From Desulfobacterales bacterium (GTDB lineage Bacteria > Desulfobacterota > Desulfobacteria > Desulfobacterales > UBA2174), in contig CAXXWC010000021.1 in the NCBI GenBank assembly GCA_963668645.2, positions 896,001-960,000 of the forward strand: a stretch of DNA of 64,000 bases, in the 5' to 3' direction. The position numbers and the translations under genes were made by a program. The notes under the pieces were generated by a model. It searched no databases and was not told the origin of the DNA. It saw only the letters and a list, made by a program, of their open reading frames with translations. Within the stretch, counting starts at the first letter, position 1. Every line of letters starts with the position of its first letter. Below, one piece after another: positions 1 through 9,865 of the stretch.

Positions 1-831
1 TTTGCGGGTGCCGATGGCGTAGGAGGTCAGGGATTTGCCCGGCGATACGCGGTTGTGGCGATTGGACACCGCACCGCAATTGACCAGATCCATCAGGTTG
101 TCAAAGAAAAAAGGCGTGTGGATGCTCAGGTCTTTTTTCGATCGCAGATGATGGCTCAAGGACTCGTAAAGCGGGCCCGCCGAAAACCCGATACAGCTTC
201 CGTCTTCTATGAGGGCGGCCACGTTGGCGCCGAGACGGTCATAGATCGCATCGAACTTCCAGCGCTCAAAATAGATCGGTGGTTCGGTGCTCTCAACGAT
301 CATGTCGAATTTTGAAAAGGGAACGAAGGTATCCCCGAACGTCCAGGGGATCTGTGTGTTGACTTCGCCCACCACCAGGGTGGCCTGCTCGATGGCGGCA
401 ATGGCCACATCCGCGCAGACCCCCAGGCTGCAAAAGCCCGCCTTGTTCGGCGGCGTGATCTGGACAAAGGCGGCGTCGATGGGGATCTGGCCGGACTTGA
501 AGACCGCCGGGATCTGGTAATAGCGGCTGGGAATGAAGTCGGCGAACCCTTCGGAGACCGCTTCGCGCGCCTCCCAGCCGCTGAAAAAGGTCTTCAGGCG
601 GTATTTGTTCGAATGCCGGGCCGAAACCTCGATGGCTTCTCCGAGGCTGACCAGTTGAAACAGCTCCAGATCCAGCAGGTTGCCGGCGTCCGAGGCTTTC
701 AGATAGCGAACCAGGGTCAACGGCTCGGACACCCCGGTGCCGATGAAGATCCGCATCCCCGGCTTGATCCGCTCCATCACCTTGTCCGGGGTTGAGACCC
801 GGTCTTTCCAAGTGGGACCGTTTTCCATCAT
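1..831 (-). CDS. Acetyl-CoA hydrolase/transferase family protein (5' part; continues off the window)
   Basis: Hand translation, absent from the ORF track: MMENGPTWKDRVSTPDKVMERIKPGMRIFIGTGVSEPLTLVRYL...DAAFVQITPPNKAGFCSLGVCADV...VGEVNTQIPWTFGDT...IEDGSCIGF. Confidence 0.85.
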   Translation of the reverse strand, partial: MMENGPTWKDRVSTPDKVMERIKPGMRIFIGTGVSEPLTLVRYLKASDAGNLLDLELFQLVSLGEAIEVSARHSNKYRLKTFFSGWEAREAVSEGFADFIPSRYYQIPAVFKSGQIPIDAAFVQITPPNKAGFCSLGVCADVAIAAIEQATLVVGEVNTQIPWTFGDTFVPFSKFDMIVESTEPPIYFERWKFDAIYDRLGANVAALIEDGSCIGFSAGPLYESLSHHLRSKKDLSIHTPFFFDNLMDLVNCGAVSNRHNRVSPGKSLTSYAIGTRK

Positions 832-868
832 TGGCTCAATTTAGAGCTGGCAATCCGGTTGAGGCTTA

Positions 869-972
869 CAATCGATCACGTTACCGACACCCGATGCTTT
901 CAGATAGCGAACCGGCGTCAACGGCCCGCACACGCCGGCGCCGATAAAGATCCGCATCCCCGTCTTGAACCC
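869..972. repeat. Diverged direct copy of the 5' coding segment of the acetyl-CoA hydrolase gene
   Basis: GCTTTCAGATAGCGAACC at 695 and 896; AAGATCCGCATCCCCG at 746 and 947; constant 201-bp offset. Confidence 0.85.
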
Positions 973-973
973 A

Positions 974-2107
974 TTATTTGATGACAACCAGCTCATAGTC
1001 TCGACTCCCCAGACCGATTTTCTCCGCATGATCCATACAGCTACGCCATTCGGTCTCGGGCCTGTTGTTGGTAAAGTGATCATGGTGGTCAACGAAATCC
1101 GGCTTTGCCATATTTTCAAAAAGCTGGCTTCCCGGAATCGGCTTGGCCTTCAGGCAGGCGTCCACACAGGCCTGATCCAGGGCCAATGGGTCAAAGGATG
1201 CAAACATGCCCAGATTCGGCAGAATGGGGACGTCGTTTTCCCCATGGCAGTCACAGTTGGGGGATACATCCACCACCAGGGAAATATGGAAGCACGGACG
1301 CCCGTCCACCACTGCCTTTGTATATTCCGCCATACGACGGTTCAGAAGCTCCACCGCGGCATCATTTTTAAACGATATGGCGTCGAAGTTGCACGAGCCC
1401 AGACAGCGGCCGCAGCCTACGCAATTTTCCTGATTAACGGTCATTTTTTTGTTTTCGGCGTCAAATTCCAGCCCCTGGTTGGCGCACTCCCGCTCGCAAG
1501 TTCGACAGCCCCGGCACCGTGATTTCTTGATCCGTGCCTTGCCGCTGCTGTGCTGATCCGCTTTTCCAGCACGGGAGCCGCACCCCATCCCGATATTTTT
1601 GATGACGCCGCCAAAACCGGTCATCTCGTGCCCCTTGAAATGGGTCAGGCTGATGAACACGTCCGCGTCCATGATGGTGCGCCCGATTCTGGCTTCCTTC
1701 ACATATTCCCCTCCGGCAACAGGTACCGCGATATCGTCAGTTCCTTTCAGTCCATCCCCGATCAGAACCGGACAGCCGACCGTCAGCGGGGTAAACCCGT
1801 TTTCCCAGGCACATTGAAGGTGCTCCAGGGCGTTTTTCCTGCTCCCGGGATACATGGTGTTGCAATCGGTCAAGAAAGGCTTTCCGCCCAGCTCCTTTAC
1901 CACGTCAGCCACGGCCTTGGCATAATTGGGGCGCAGATAGCTGATATTCCCCAGTTCACCAAAATGCATCTTGATGGCCGCGAACTTGCCGTCCATATCG
2001 ATCTGGCCGATACCGGCCTTTTTGATCAGCTTTTTCAGCTTGGTGGGCAGCCCGTCGCCGAATGCCACCGTGCGGAAATTCGTAAAGTAAACCTTGGCTT
2101 TTTTCAT
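974..2107 (-). CDS. DUF362 domain protein with 2x[4Fe-4S] ferredoxin motifs
   Basis: IKMHFGELGN, THFKGHEMTGFGG(V)IKNIGMGC, CRGCRTCERECA, CVGCGRCLGSC, SPNCDC. Confidence 0.9.
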   Translation of the reverse strand: MKKAKVYFTNFRTVAFGDGLPTKLKKLIKKAGIGQIDMDGKFAAIKMHFGELGNISYLRPNYAKAVADVVKELGGKPFLTDCNTMYPGSRKNALEHLQCAWENGFTPLTVGCPVLIGDGLKGTDDIAVPVAGGEYVKEARIGRTIMDADVFISLTHFKGHEMTGFGGVIKNIGMGCGSRAGKADQHSSGKARIKKSRCRGCRTCERECANQGLEFDAENKKMTVNQENCVGCGRCLGSCNFDAISFKNDAAVELLNRRMAEYTKAVVDGRPCFHISLVVDVSPNCDCHGENDVPILPNLGMFASFDPLALDQACVDACLKAKPIPGSQLFENMAKPDFVDHHDHFTNNRPETEWRSCMDHAEKIGLGSRDYELVVIK

Positions 2108-2599
2108 TTGTATCTATTCCTGATATCTTCGTGAAAGGATTGCCAATCATAAAGGTCCTGTTTTCCTGCTTTATATTCTCTATATCTTTTATCGAGTTCT
2201 TTTTTTGCCACTCCTGCATTGGCAGTTCTACATTGCCATGAGCAATTGAGTCCCACCCATCTTCAATCAGCAGTAATTTTTATGAAAGATTCAATTCGTC
2301 GATTTTTTTTCATCCGGCTGCATGCTAATCCATTCTTGTCTGGATGATTATTTCCTATAAAAAATTCTCCTTAACCCACATTTTAATCACATTTTTGATG
2401 ACAAAAACCAAAATATAGAGAACGAATCTGTTTGTACCCGCCTATTCTTAAGTAGCATTTTATACCATTAGGAACCCTCTGGCAAGGGATGATTATATCT
2501 GCCAACCTTCTGTTTCAGAAGTCTTGATTTTTACACCTTATGAATGAAAAGTGTCAACGTCGAGCGGTCGAACGTTATATCGTCAGGATAGACGCCAGA

Positions 2600-2718
2600 G
2601 ACTAGGCTGGTCCTCGCTGGGGCTGGTCTGGTCATTTTCAAAGAGCATCTCAGTTGTAGCCGCTTTCAGCCGTTATCCTTCCAAAATCGTTGTTCTGATT
2701 ATTGCCGCCTCGAATAAT
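2600..2718. repeat. Degenerate copy A of a ~120-bp module found 3' of an integrase gene
   Basis: Colinear with 3795-3914; shared GGTCTGGTCATTTTCAAA and TGATTATTGC; both preceded by GGATAG. Confidence 0.75.
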
Positions 2719-2817
2719 CCTTGATTATCGCGTTCGTGACAAAAATTTATATCAAAAGTTATCGTGAAGGTAAAATCCTTCAGAAGTATTAGAGTAATCG
2801 CAGGCCATTCATGAATT

Positions 2818-3336
2818 TCAATCATTTCTTTTATATGATTTAAACCGCGGAACCCAGCGAGGTACGGACCTTCGATACTGTATATACTTTATTCCAAATG
2901 TATTTTCCAAATGAGTTTCCTCTATGAGAACATGGACATGGAAAATGCCAAACATGATAATGGTATAAATGAAGATACCTTTAGATTGAAACAGCAACGT
3001 CTCGCCCGATAATACGAGTGTTCCAGCTATGTACAAAGGATTTCTCACAAATCTGTATAGCCCGGTAACCATAAGTTCTTTGGTTGGCGTGAAAGGTATC
3101 GGTGTTCCCTTGGCATATATTACAAAACTGACTGAACACCAAATATAGGAAACGCCCCCCAAGGAAATAAGCATCAAGCCAACAAGCTGAGGTACTCCAA
3201 TGTTCCACTCAATATCATTACCGGATGCGGACAGGATTTCATATGGTATCCAGATAATAAAAATTGGAACCAGGAAAAATATGAAAACCATGGTTCCAAG
3301 TAAAGATAAAATAGTTTCAGAAGTGCTCGTTTTCAT
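2818..3336 (-). CDS. Isoprenylcysteine carboxylmethyltransferase/PEMT family membrane protein
   Basis: GTPIPFTPTKELMVTGLYRFVRNPLY...EETHLENTFG..Y..Y...VPRW. Confidence 0.9.
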   Translation of the reverse strand: MKTSTSETILSLLGTMVFIFFLVPIFIIWIPYEILSASGNDIEWNIGVPQLVGLMLISLGGVSYIWCSVSFVIYAKGTPIPFTPTKELMVTGLYRFVRNPLYIAGTLVLSGETLLFQSKGIFIYTIIMFGIFHVHVLIEETHLENTFGIKYIQYRRSVPRWVPRFKSYKRND

Positions 3337-3638
3337 ATAATCAGCCCGTTATTGCTTCCTGGGTATCGAAAACTACGAAAGATAATATTTCTTTTTAGAA
3401 TTTATGGTGAATCTCATATGTTGCAGTCGGTCTTTTCTTTGCCAATTTTTGACATATTGAGACAATCACCAGTCTGCTAAGGTTTCAGAGATCATCTTAT
3501 CCGCATGTCAAGGATACGTTCATAATCCTTCGGTAATCAGCCCCCCCACCAGCGTTGACGCATACTGATGATAATATTACCCTTAATGTGTTAGTGGCGC
3601 CGTGTCAAACGATTCCTCAACCCATACCCCAAGGAGGT

Positions 3639-3785
3639 GCAACCTATGCGTCACGCGCCGGAACTCCCCTGGAAATCGTCAGCAAGGTGATCCTCCGACA
3701 CTCGAATTTACAAACGACCCAGCGCTATCTGGGAAGGGTGAGCGACATCGAAGTGATGCGGTGGATCGACAGCATCCATGGATAG
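3639..3785 (+). pseudogene. C-terminal remnant of a tyrosine recombinase/integrase
   Basis: ATYASRAGTPLEIVSKVILRHSNLQTTQRYLG matches box II with the catalytic Tyr; the upstream HxLRR part is missing. Confidence 0.8.
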
Positions 3786-3794
3786 AGCAACGGG

Positions 3795-3914
3795 GACCAG
3801 GCCGGTTCTCACTGGGTCCCGGTCTGGTCATTTTCAAAAATCATCTCGGCTGTAACTGCTAACAGTCGTTATTCTGAAAAAATCGGCGTGCTGATTATTG
3901 CAGCCTTGGATAAT
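3795..3914. repeat. Copy B of the ~120-bp post-integrase module (begins with a GACCAGGCCGG/CCGGTCTGGTC hairpin)
   Basis: Direct similarity to 2600-2718; lies immediately after the integrase remnant stop codon. Confidence 0.75.
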
Positions 3915-3918
3915 AAAG

Positions 3919-3979
3919 CATCAACGGGCTCTTCAGCGGGCGCGACTTCTTGCGATCCGGTGCAAGAGCATTGTTAAAA
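3919..3979 (-). other. attC-like integron cassette recombination site (61 bp)
   Basis: Minus strand TTTTAAC-AATGCTCTTGCACCGG...CCGCTGAAGAGCCC-GTTGATG: AAC/GTT cores, inner inverted repeat with one extra G, ~20 bp downstream of a gene stop. Confidence 0.6.
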
Positions 3980-3998
3980 CATCAGAATCAGAAGTGTG

Positions 3999-5066
3999 TC
4001 AGCTATACATACGTCTATGACCCATAGTACTTAGGTACAACTTTAGATCATCAGGAATCTGATGCTCCGCCTTCGTATTACACCACAACAGGTTAGGTGG
4101 ATGTGATGAATTGAACCAAATACCTCTGAATAGGATTCCGCTTAGATATTTCGCATGATCCAAAAATCCAGAGATCCCATTGAAGCCTTTTCTATGGAAA
4201 AAATCGTCATCCTTTTTCTTCATCAAAGAGTTAATGGATCGAATGGCACGTAACAGATCTTCTCTTTCATGGGTACTGCTTGTTGTGGAACATACAAGAA
4301 CGTTCATCATTCCTGGGACCATCTGGGTTAGCTTTTCAAAGATGGCATCAGAAAACTTATACCGTTCATTTTGGGTATAGAAGAGCGGTTCAACTGCCAT
4401 GTGATACGCTGTCAAACCTGTCTCCTTTCTCTGCTTTAACTTTGTTAAGTGCAGGATGAATTCTCTATCAATTCCTGGGATTGAGTGTTCGGAGGAAGAC
4501 CCACTGCGCAATACTGTGTCTTGCTCCCGTATCTTGCTTTCTATAAATTGTAGGATTTCCTGTTTCGTGGTTTCAATTTGTGTCAAAAAATCAATTGTCC
4601 CATCGACGTGCGTCATATCGAGACTGAAGCCAAGATTCGATGGAACCATGCTAATCCTGGCTACTACGTCCTTCATCCACTGATCAATCCGCTGCCCTAG
4701 ATGAGCTTGGCGGATACGCTTAACTTCTATATTGAACTCGATACGGTCATCAAACTTGACTGTAAAATCTGGTATACGGCGTATTGCATTTAATTGCTTC
4801 TCATACTCGACGTAAAATCTTTTATCCATCAAGAGAAAATAGGAAACTTCAAACTCAAATTTTACGTCTTCCAAATCTTCGAAATATTTTGCCGTAATGC
4901 ACTTTTTCCTTATTTTATCTTCATAACGATGAACAAATTCAGCAAACCTTTCTGAGCTATCGAGCCAATACCTCAATGCTGTTGAAATAGGATGATCTCG
5001 GCCCTCTGTCAAATACACGATTTGGTCAAATTGCATTGAGTTACAATGGTTATATGGTTTCTCCAT
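3999..5066 (-). CDS. Hypothetical protein with possible PD-(D/E)xK nuclease-like motif
   Basis: 355-aa AT-rich ORF; IPDFTVKFDDRIEFNIEVKR. Confidence 0.6.
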   Translation of the reverse strand: MEKPYNHCNSMQFDQIVYLTEGRDHPISTALRYWLDSSERFAEFVHRYEDKIRKKCITAKYFEDLEDVKFEFEVSYFLLMDKRFYVEYEKQLNAIRRIPDFTVKFDDRIEFNIEVKRIRQAHLGQRIDQWMKDVVARISMVPSNLGFSLDMTHVDGTIDFLTQIETTKQEILQFIESKIREQDTVLRSGSSSEHSIPGIDREFILHLTKLKQRKETGLTAYHMAVEPLFYTQNERYKFSDAIFEKLTQMVPGMMNVLVCSTTSSTHEREDLLRAIRSINSLMKKKDDDFFHRKGFNGISGFLDHAKYLSGILFRGIWFNSSHPPNLLWCNTKAEHQIPDDLKLYLSTMGHRRMYS

Positions 5067-5215
5067 AACGCCCTTTACACGCCATATCGTGGAATAAAAT
5101 CTTGGCGTTTATTCTGGTAAAAGCTCGATTATACTGAAGTCCTCCGACTGTTTTCGGTATTGAATTTTTCATACACTAATCTTTCATTTATCAAGGTACC
5201 CGAAACAGATCGTTA

Positions 5216-5232
5216 GGATAATAAAGCATCAA
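5216..5232. repeat. 17-bp exact direct repeat GGATAATAAAGCATCAA (other copy 3908-3924)
   Basis: Two identical copies bracket the 355-aa gene and its attC-like site. Confidence 0.8.
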
Positions 5233-5314
5233 TACATAGTAACCATCTGAGAAAAGCAATTCGTAACGGGTAGACAAGTCAACATACTTTGAGATTTTAG
5301 AATATTTACTAAAA

Positions 5315-6631
5315 CTATTGCGGGGTTTGAACTTCGACTTCATTTTGTCTCAATTTAATAATATAGCGGCTTTCTAAATGGTTATAGTCAAAAAAAGTAT
5401 TCCCAGATATTGGCCAAAATCTAGTGATGAAAGTTCTTTCACCATTGGCTACTTCAGTTAACAAATGAATGTTGAATCCATTGCTTTCAACTAAACAATG
5501 ACTTGTCAATGAAGTGCAGGCAATTGGATATGCTTGATTTGTTTTCTGTGTCGCGATATCAAGCGCTTTGCCAGGCATCAAGTGGACATGTCCATGTAGA
5601 ATTAATTGGATTCTCCACCTCATAAGTGTTTTTAAAAACTCATCAGCGAATTCATTAAGACAAACATGGTATCCATAAGGACATAGGTTGTGATGAATTG
5701 CGCCTATCCGAGTAACACCTTCATTCCGAGTAGATTTTAGAAGGCTTTGTGATAGTTGTGCAAGATATTGCCTGTTTATGCAGCCTTTATCAACTCTTAG
5801 TAGATTTGTTAGAGTGCTTTCTATGTTCCCAGAACCAAATTTTTCAAGAGCTTTTTGAACTTCATCAGGTACACATCCTGAAAAGTAAGATGAAACAAAA
5901 AGAAAAAGTTCAAGATTAATACTTGGATAGTAAACAGATGCAAAAGGTGGTGTATGATCATTAGTTTTATGCCTGAACAATTGAAAATCGATCTTTTCAA
6001 TAGCTTCTTCTGTCCCAAATGGAGTGGTAATAATATTGGTAATTGCATTAGTGCGCTGCTGGAAACGATCTAATCTATCAGCACCAAAACCTTCTAACCA
6101 AAGGGTGTCATGATTTCCTGGTACAACTAGAAACCTTGAGGGCCGATATTTACCCCATATACTTTTGCTAAGGTATTCGCAGAAGGAAGAAAACCGATCG
6201 AACTCACTATCATCCGCAACGCTTGTTATATCTCCAGTAATTAAAATAAGATCCGGTGCAATCTGTTGATTTTCTGCACAGGCTTTTTCAAGAATAGATG
6301 CAAGCTCTCTGGGGTCATTCTCGACCAAGTTTAATCGACCGAAATGAATATCAGACAATTGCCAGATCACAGCATCGATAGTATTCTCTAAAGATAGCTC
6401 ATTTATTAAAGCTTTCCTGTTGAAAGTGGTAAATGGAGTAACGTAAGTCAGTTCATTATCTATTATTGAAGCAACAATAGAAAAGGAGCCTTTACATCGT
6501 TCCTTTAATTCGTTTTTGGATCTCTCGTCTGGGTACAAAGAATGAATTATTTTTCCACAGTTATCTCTTTCAGAAGGATCTGAAAAGTATTTATCATATA
6601 GGGCATAATTGTATTTAAATAGGTCTAGTAA
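5315..6631 (-). pseudogene. Calcineurin-like metallophosphoesterase, 3' part (gene split by IS; 5' part at 10477-10600)
   Basis: SDIHFG, TGDIT, PGNHD, HHN and LHGHVH motifs; frame stays open upstream of the ORF-track start to the IS edge (LLDLFKYNYALYDKYF...). Confidence 0.9.
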
Positions 6632-6838
6632 CTCGACAGTCCAAAGTTCTGGCCCCCAGACAAAGGGCAGCAGGTACGGTCCGACGAATTACGTACCTGA
6701 GACAGATCGCTATACAAAGATAAAGATCAACAATAACAGGCTTATATAAGAATTCAGACGGGTACGTAAAAAATTACTTGACATACCTACAGAGTGCCTG
6801 TATCCTCCTTTCAAACCAACTATGAAAGGAGGTGCCCT

Positions 6839-7156
6839 ATGGACCAATTCGAAAAGTATCTTCAATTCCAAAAGGAGGTTGCGCAAGCTACGATCAAGGT
6901 TGTCGAGCGCTTCCAGCAGCCAGGGGAAGAACGGCTAAAGAGGCGTACGTCTAATATCGATATCGTGCTGGACGTACTCCAAACCGCCGGCCGCCCCTTG
7001 CATGTCACCGAGATTATTGACCTGGCCAAGCAGGACCACGACACCGAACTCAGCCGAGACTCCATCGTCTCGGCCTTGTTGAAAAAGGTCCATGCCGGCC
7101 TGGGTGTTGTACGAACAGCCCCCAATACCTTCGCGATGGCAAAGGAGGGGCCATGA
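6839..7156 (+). CDS. Small winged-helix protein carried inside the IS
   Basis: AGGAGG RBS; DVLQTAGRPLHVTEIIDLA...SIVSALLKK...VVRTAPNTF; ATGA overlap with the transposase start. Confidence 0.7.
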   Translation: MDQFEKYLQFQKEVAQATIKVVERFQQPGEERLKRRTSNIDIVLDVLQTAGRPLHVTEIIDLAKQDHDTELSRDSIVSALLKKVHAGLGVVRTAPNTFAMAKEGP

Positions 7157-8575
7157 TCGGTCATATCAGCCGCATCCTGGAAGCCTTCCGGCCCTGTTTC
7201 ACGCGCCAGGCAGCCTATCACTGGTTCGTGACCGTGGTACTGGGCTTTATCGTGCGCATCGACCACTGCGGGGCCAGTTCCTTTGTCCGCTGGCTCGCGA
7301 TCCGGCCCTCGCTGTACACGGCGATGCTGTCGTTTTTCCGGGCCCGGTCCTGGAAGCTCGGCCCGATCATGCGCCGCTGGTGGCAAATCGTGTTGGAGCG
7401 ATGCATTCCAGTCAAGATCGACGGTCGCCTGGTGCTCGCCGGCGACGGTATCAAGGTCTCGAAGGAAGCCGAAAAGATGCCCGGCGTCAAACGGCTTCAT
7501 CAGGAGTCGGACAACTCGGGCAAAGCCCCGTACATTTACGGGCACCACTGGGGAGTGATCGGTGTTCTTGGCGGTTGGAGTAAAAAAAATCTTCTGCATC
7601 CCGCTTTGTGCCGAGCTCCATGAAGGCGTAGAAACGCTTCGCCGCTTCCAAAAAAAGGCCGATCCGCTGGTCGACGGCCAGCCCAAGGTCAGCATCACCA
7701 GTTTGATGGCGGCCATGGCGGCAAAGTCGGTGCCGGCACTGGGCAGACGGTGTCTGCTGGTACTTGACGCCTACTTCGCCGTGGGACCGGTGTTTGCAAT
7801 CCTCAAAACGGTGCGCGATGCCGCCGGCCGCCGCCTGGTGCATGTGGTGACCCGCGCTAAAAGCAACGTGGTGGCCTACTCCGATGCACCGCCGCCAACC
7901 GGACGCCCCGGCCGGCCACGGGAATACGGTGAAAAGCTTGCGCTGATCGAACTGTTCGATAAGCGCAGGGCATCTTTCGAACAGGCCCGCATCGAGCTGT
8001 ACGGGCAGGTCAAAGACGTGGCCTTTCTGTGTCTGGACCTGCTCTGGAAGCCGGTCGGAGAAAAGATGCGTTTTGTATTGGTCGCCGACGGCGACGAGCG
8101 GTTCATCCTGATGGGGTCGGATTTGACCCTCGGGGCCCGAGACATGATCCTGGCCTACAGTTACCGGTTCAAGATCGAGGTGAGCTTCAAGGTCCTCAAA
8201 CACTTGATAGGCGCCTTTTTCTACCGATTCTGGACGACTGCCTGGCCCCGAATTGGAAAAGCCAACAACAGCGATCTTTCAACCGTCAACGACGACCGGA
8301 GCCAACGGCTGATTGCTGAAACGACCGACGCCATCGAGGCCTTTGTCAACTTCGGCTGCATCGCCACCGGGATTCTTCAGATCCTGGCGCTGAACTGCCA
8401 CAAAACGATCTGGGGACAGTATGCGGGATGGCTGCGAACCGTCAGTTCTGTCATCCCGTCCGAAGAGGTCGTTCAGTCGGTAGTCCAGCAGGAATACTTC
8501 CATAATTTTCGCGATTTCAGCAATGACGCGATTTATACGATAATTATTTCAAAGAGCCGCAGCGACCAGCAGGAC
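7153..8575 (+). pseudogene. DDE transposase, frameshifted at an A8 run (~7582-7589) and interrupted near its 3' end by IS3
   Basis: LAGDGIK, LVLDAYF, YSYRFKIEVSFK motifs across two frames; last codons (WMPLAA*) at 10430-10450. Confidence 0.85.
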
Positions 8576-8663
8576 GGTGTCTGTCAAGGTAGATGTCGCC
8601 TTTTTTGGAAAAACATTCTCAAAGCTGGCGGCCATGTTCCACATCATCTGCGCGGTAGCCTCC

Positions 8664-8722
8664 AGCCTTGGCAATGTCAAGGGTCAAGATGAACGCTGCG
8701 CGCCCTTGACATTGCCAAGGCT
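8664..8722. repeat. Perfect 20-bp inverted repeat (hairpin) in the IS3 3' non-coding region
   Basis: AGCCTTGGCAATGTCAAGGG-19 nt-CCCTTGACATTGCCAAGGCT. Confidence 0.85.
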
Positions 8723-8797
8723 TCCGGCTCGTGGGCTCATATCGAGATGATTGGCATCATCTCGATTTTTCAATCGCTCTTTGAAAATCATTTCTCA

Positions 8798-9865
8798 TCA
8801 CGCGGCCTTTGAACAAGCCGATACGTTGGGTTGTCCGTTGTCCGGGCAGTTCAGCCAGACTTGCCGGATCGGTTCCCAGTTGCGCGTTGAGCCGCTCCAC
8901 CGATCGTGCCGACGTTTTTTGGCCTGTTCATAGATCTGGTGGCGACTGGCAAGGATCTCGATGTCTTTTCCCGTATGACGCTGGTCGGGGGTGACATATC
9001 GAATCGCGCTGTGGCGGTGTTGCTCGTTGTACCATTTAACGAAACGGTCCACCCACTGCCGGGAGGCTTCAATGCTTTCAAATCCCTTGACCGGATATTG
9101 CGGACGATATTTGAAGGTGCGAAACAGCGCTTCCGAGTAAGGGTTGTCATTGCTCACTCTCGGCCGGCTGTAGGACGGGGTTACACCCAGCGCCTCCATT
9201 TTCGCTTTCATGGTAAAGCCCTTTTGAGCACTCCCATTGTCTGCATGCAGCACGGGCGGATCAAGCAGGCACCCCTGGGCCATAACCGCCTTGTGAAGCA
9301 ACGATGCGGCAAGGTTGGCGCTTTCCATCGGTTGGACTTCCCAACCGACGATTTTCCGGCTGTAAACATCCACAATCATGTACAGGTAATAGAACATGCC
9401 CCGGATTGGTGATGGCAGCCACGTTATATCCCAACTCCAGACCTGATTCGGCCCTGTGGCGCAATAGCCCGCTGGGCGCTTATGGTGATGCGGTTTGGCA
9501 CTCCTGCCGCGGTGATGTTGTTCATCGGCGTCACGAAGGATCCGGTAAAAACTCGATTCGGACGCGATATAGATACCCTGATCGGCCAGGATGGGCACGA
9601 TCTGGCCTGGGGCCAGACTGGCATATTCAGGCTGGTGACAGACATCCAGAACTTGCTGCCTTTCTTTTAGTGTCAGTTTATTTGCCGGTTCCGGCCGCGC
9701 GATGGTCGAACGGGTGTCCGGTTGGACTTCTCCGCTTCGGGTCCAGCGCTGGTAGGTTCGGATACTGATATCAATTACCCGACAGGCCTGCGCCAAGCGG
9801 GCACCATCGCGGCACGCGTCATTGATCAGCGATACAGTTTTACGGCGATCAGCGGTGCTGATCAT
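8798..9865 (-). CDS. IS3 transposase OrfB (rve/DDE)
   Basis: PNQVWSWDIT, DVYSRKIVGW, LHADNG, DNPYSEALFRTFK, YNEQHRHS. Confidence 0.95.
   Translation of the reverse strand: MISTADRRKTVSLINDACRDGARLAQACRVIDISIRTYQRWTRSGEVQPDTRSTIARPEPANKLTLKERQQVLDVCHQPEYASLAPGQIVPILADQGIYIASESSFYRILRDADEQHHRGRSAKPHHHKRPAGYCATGPNQVWSWDITWLPSPIRGMFYYLYMIVDVYSRKIVGWEVQPMESANLAASLLHKAVMAQGCLLDPPVLHADNGSAQKGFTMKAKMEALGVTPSYSRPRVSNDNPYSEALFRTFKYRPQYPVKGFESIEASRQWVDRFVKWYNEQHRHSAIRYVTPDQRHTGKDIEILASRHQIYEQAKKRRHDRWSGSTRNWEPIRQVWLNCPDNGQPNVSACSKAA

Noticed and set aside
2110..2340. Possible small AT-rich gene upstream of the DUF362 gene
   Set aside because: No consistent open frame or motif could be established.
3639..3785. 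Integron integrase intI
   Set aside because: The C-terminal motif (SKVILRHSNLQTTQRYLG) does not match the IntI-type QELLGH..V.TT.IYTHV, and only a fragment remains.
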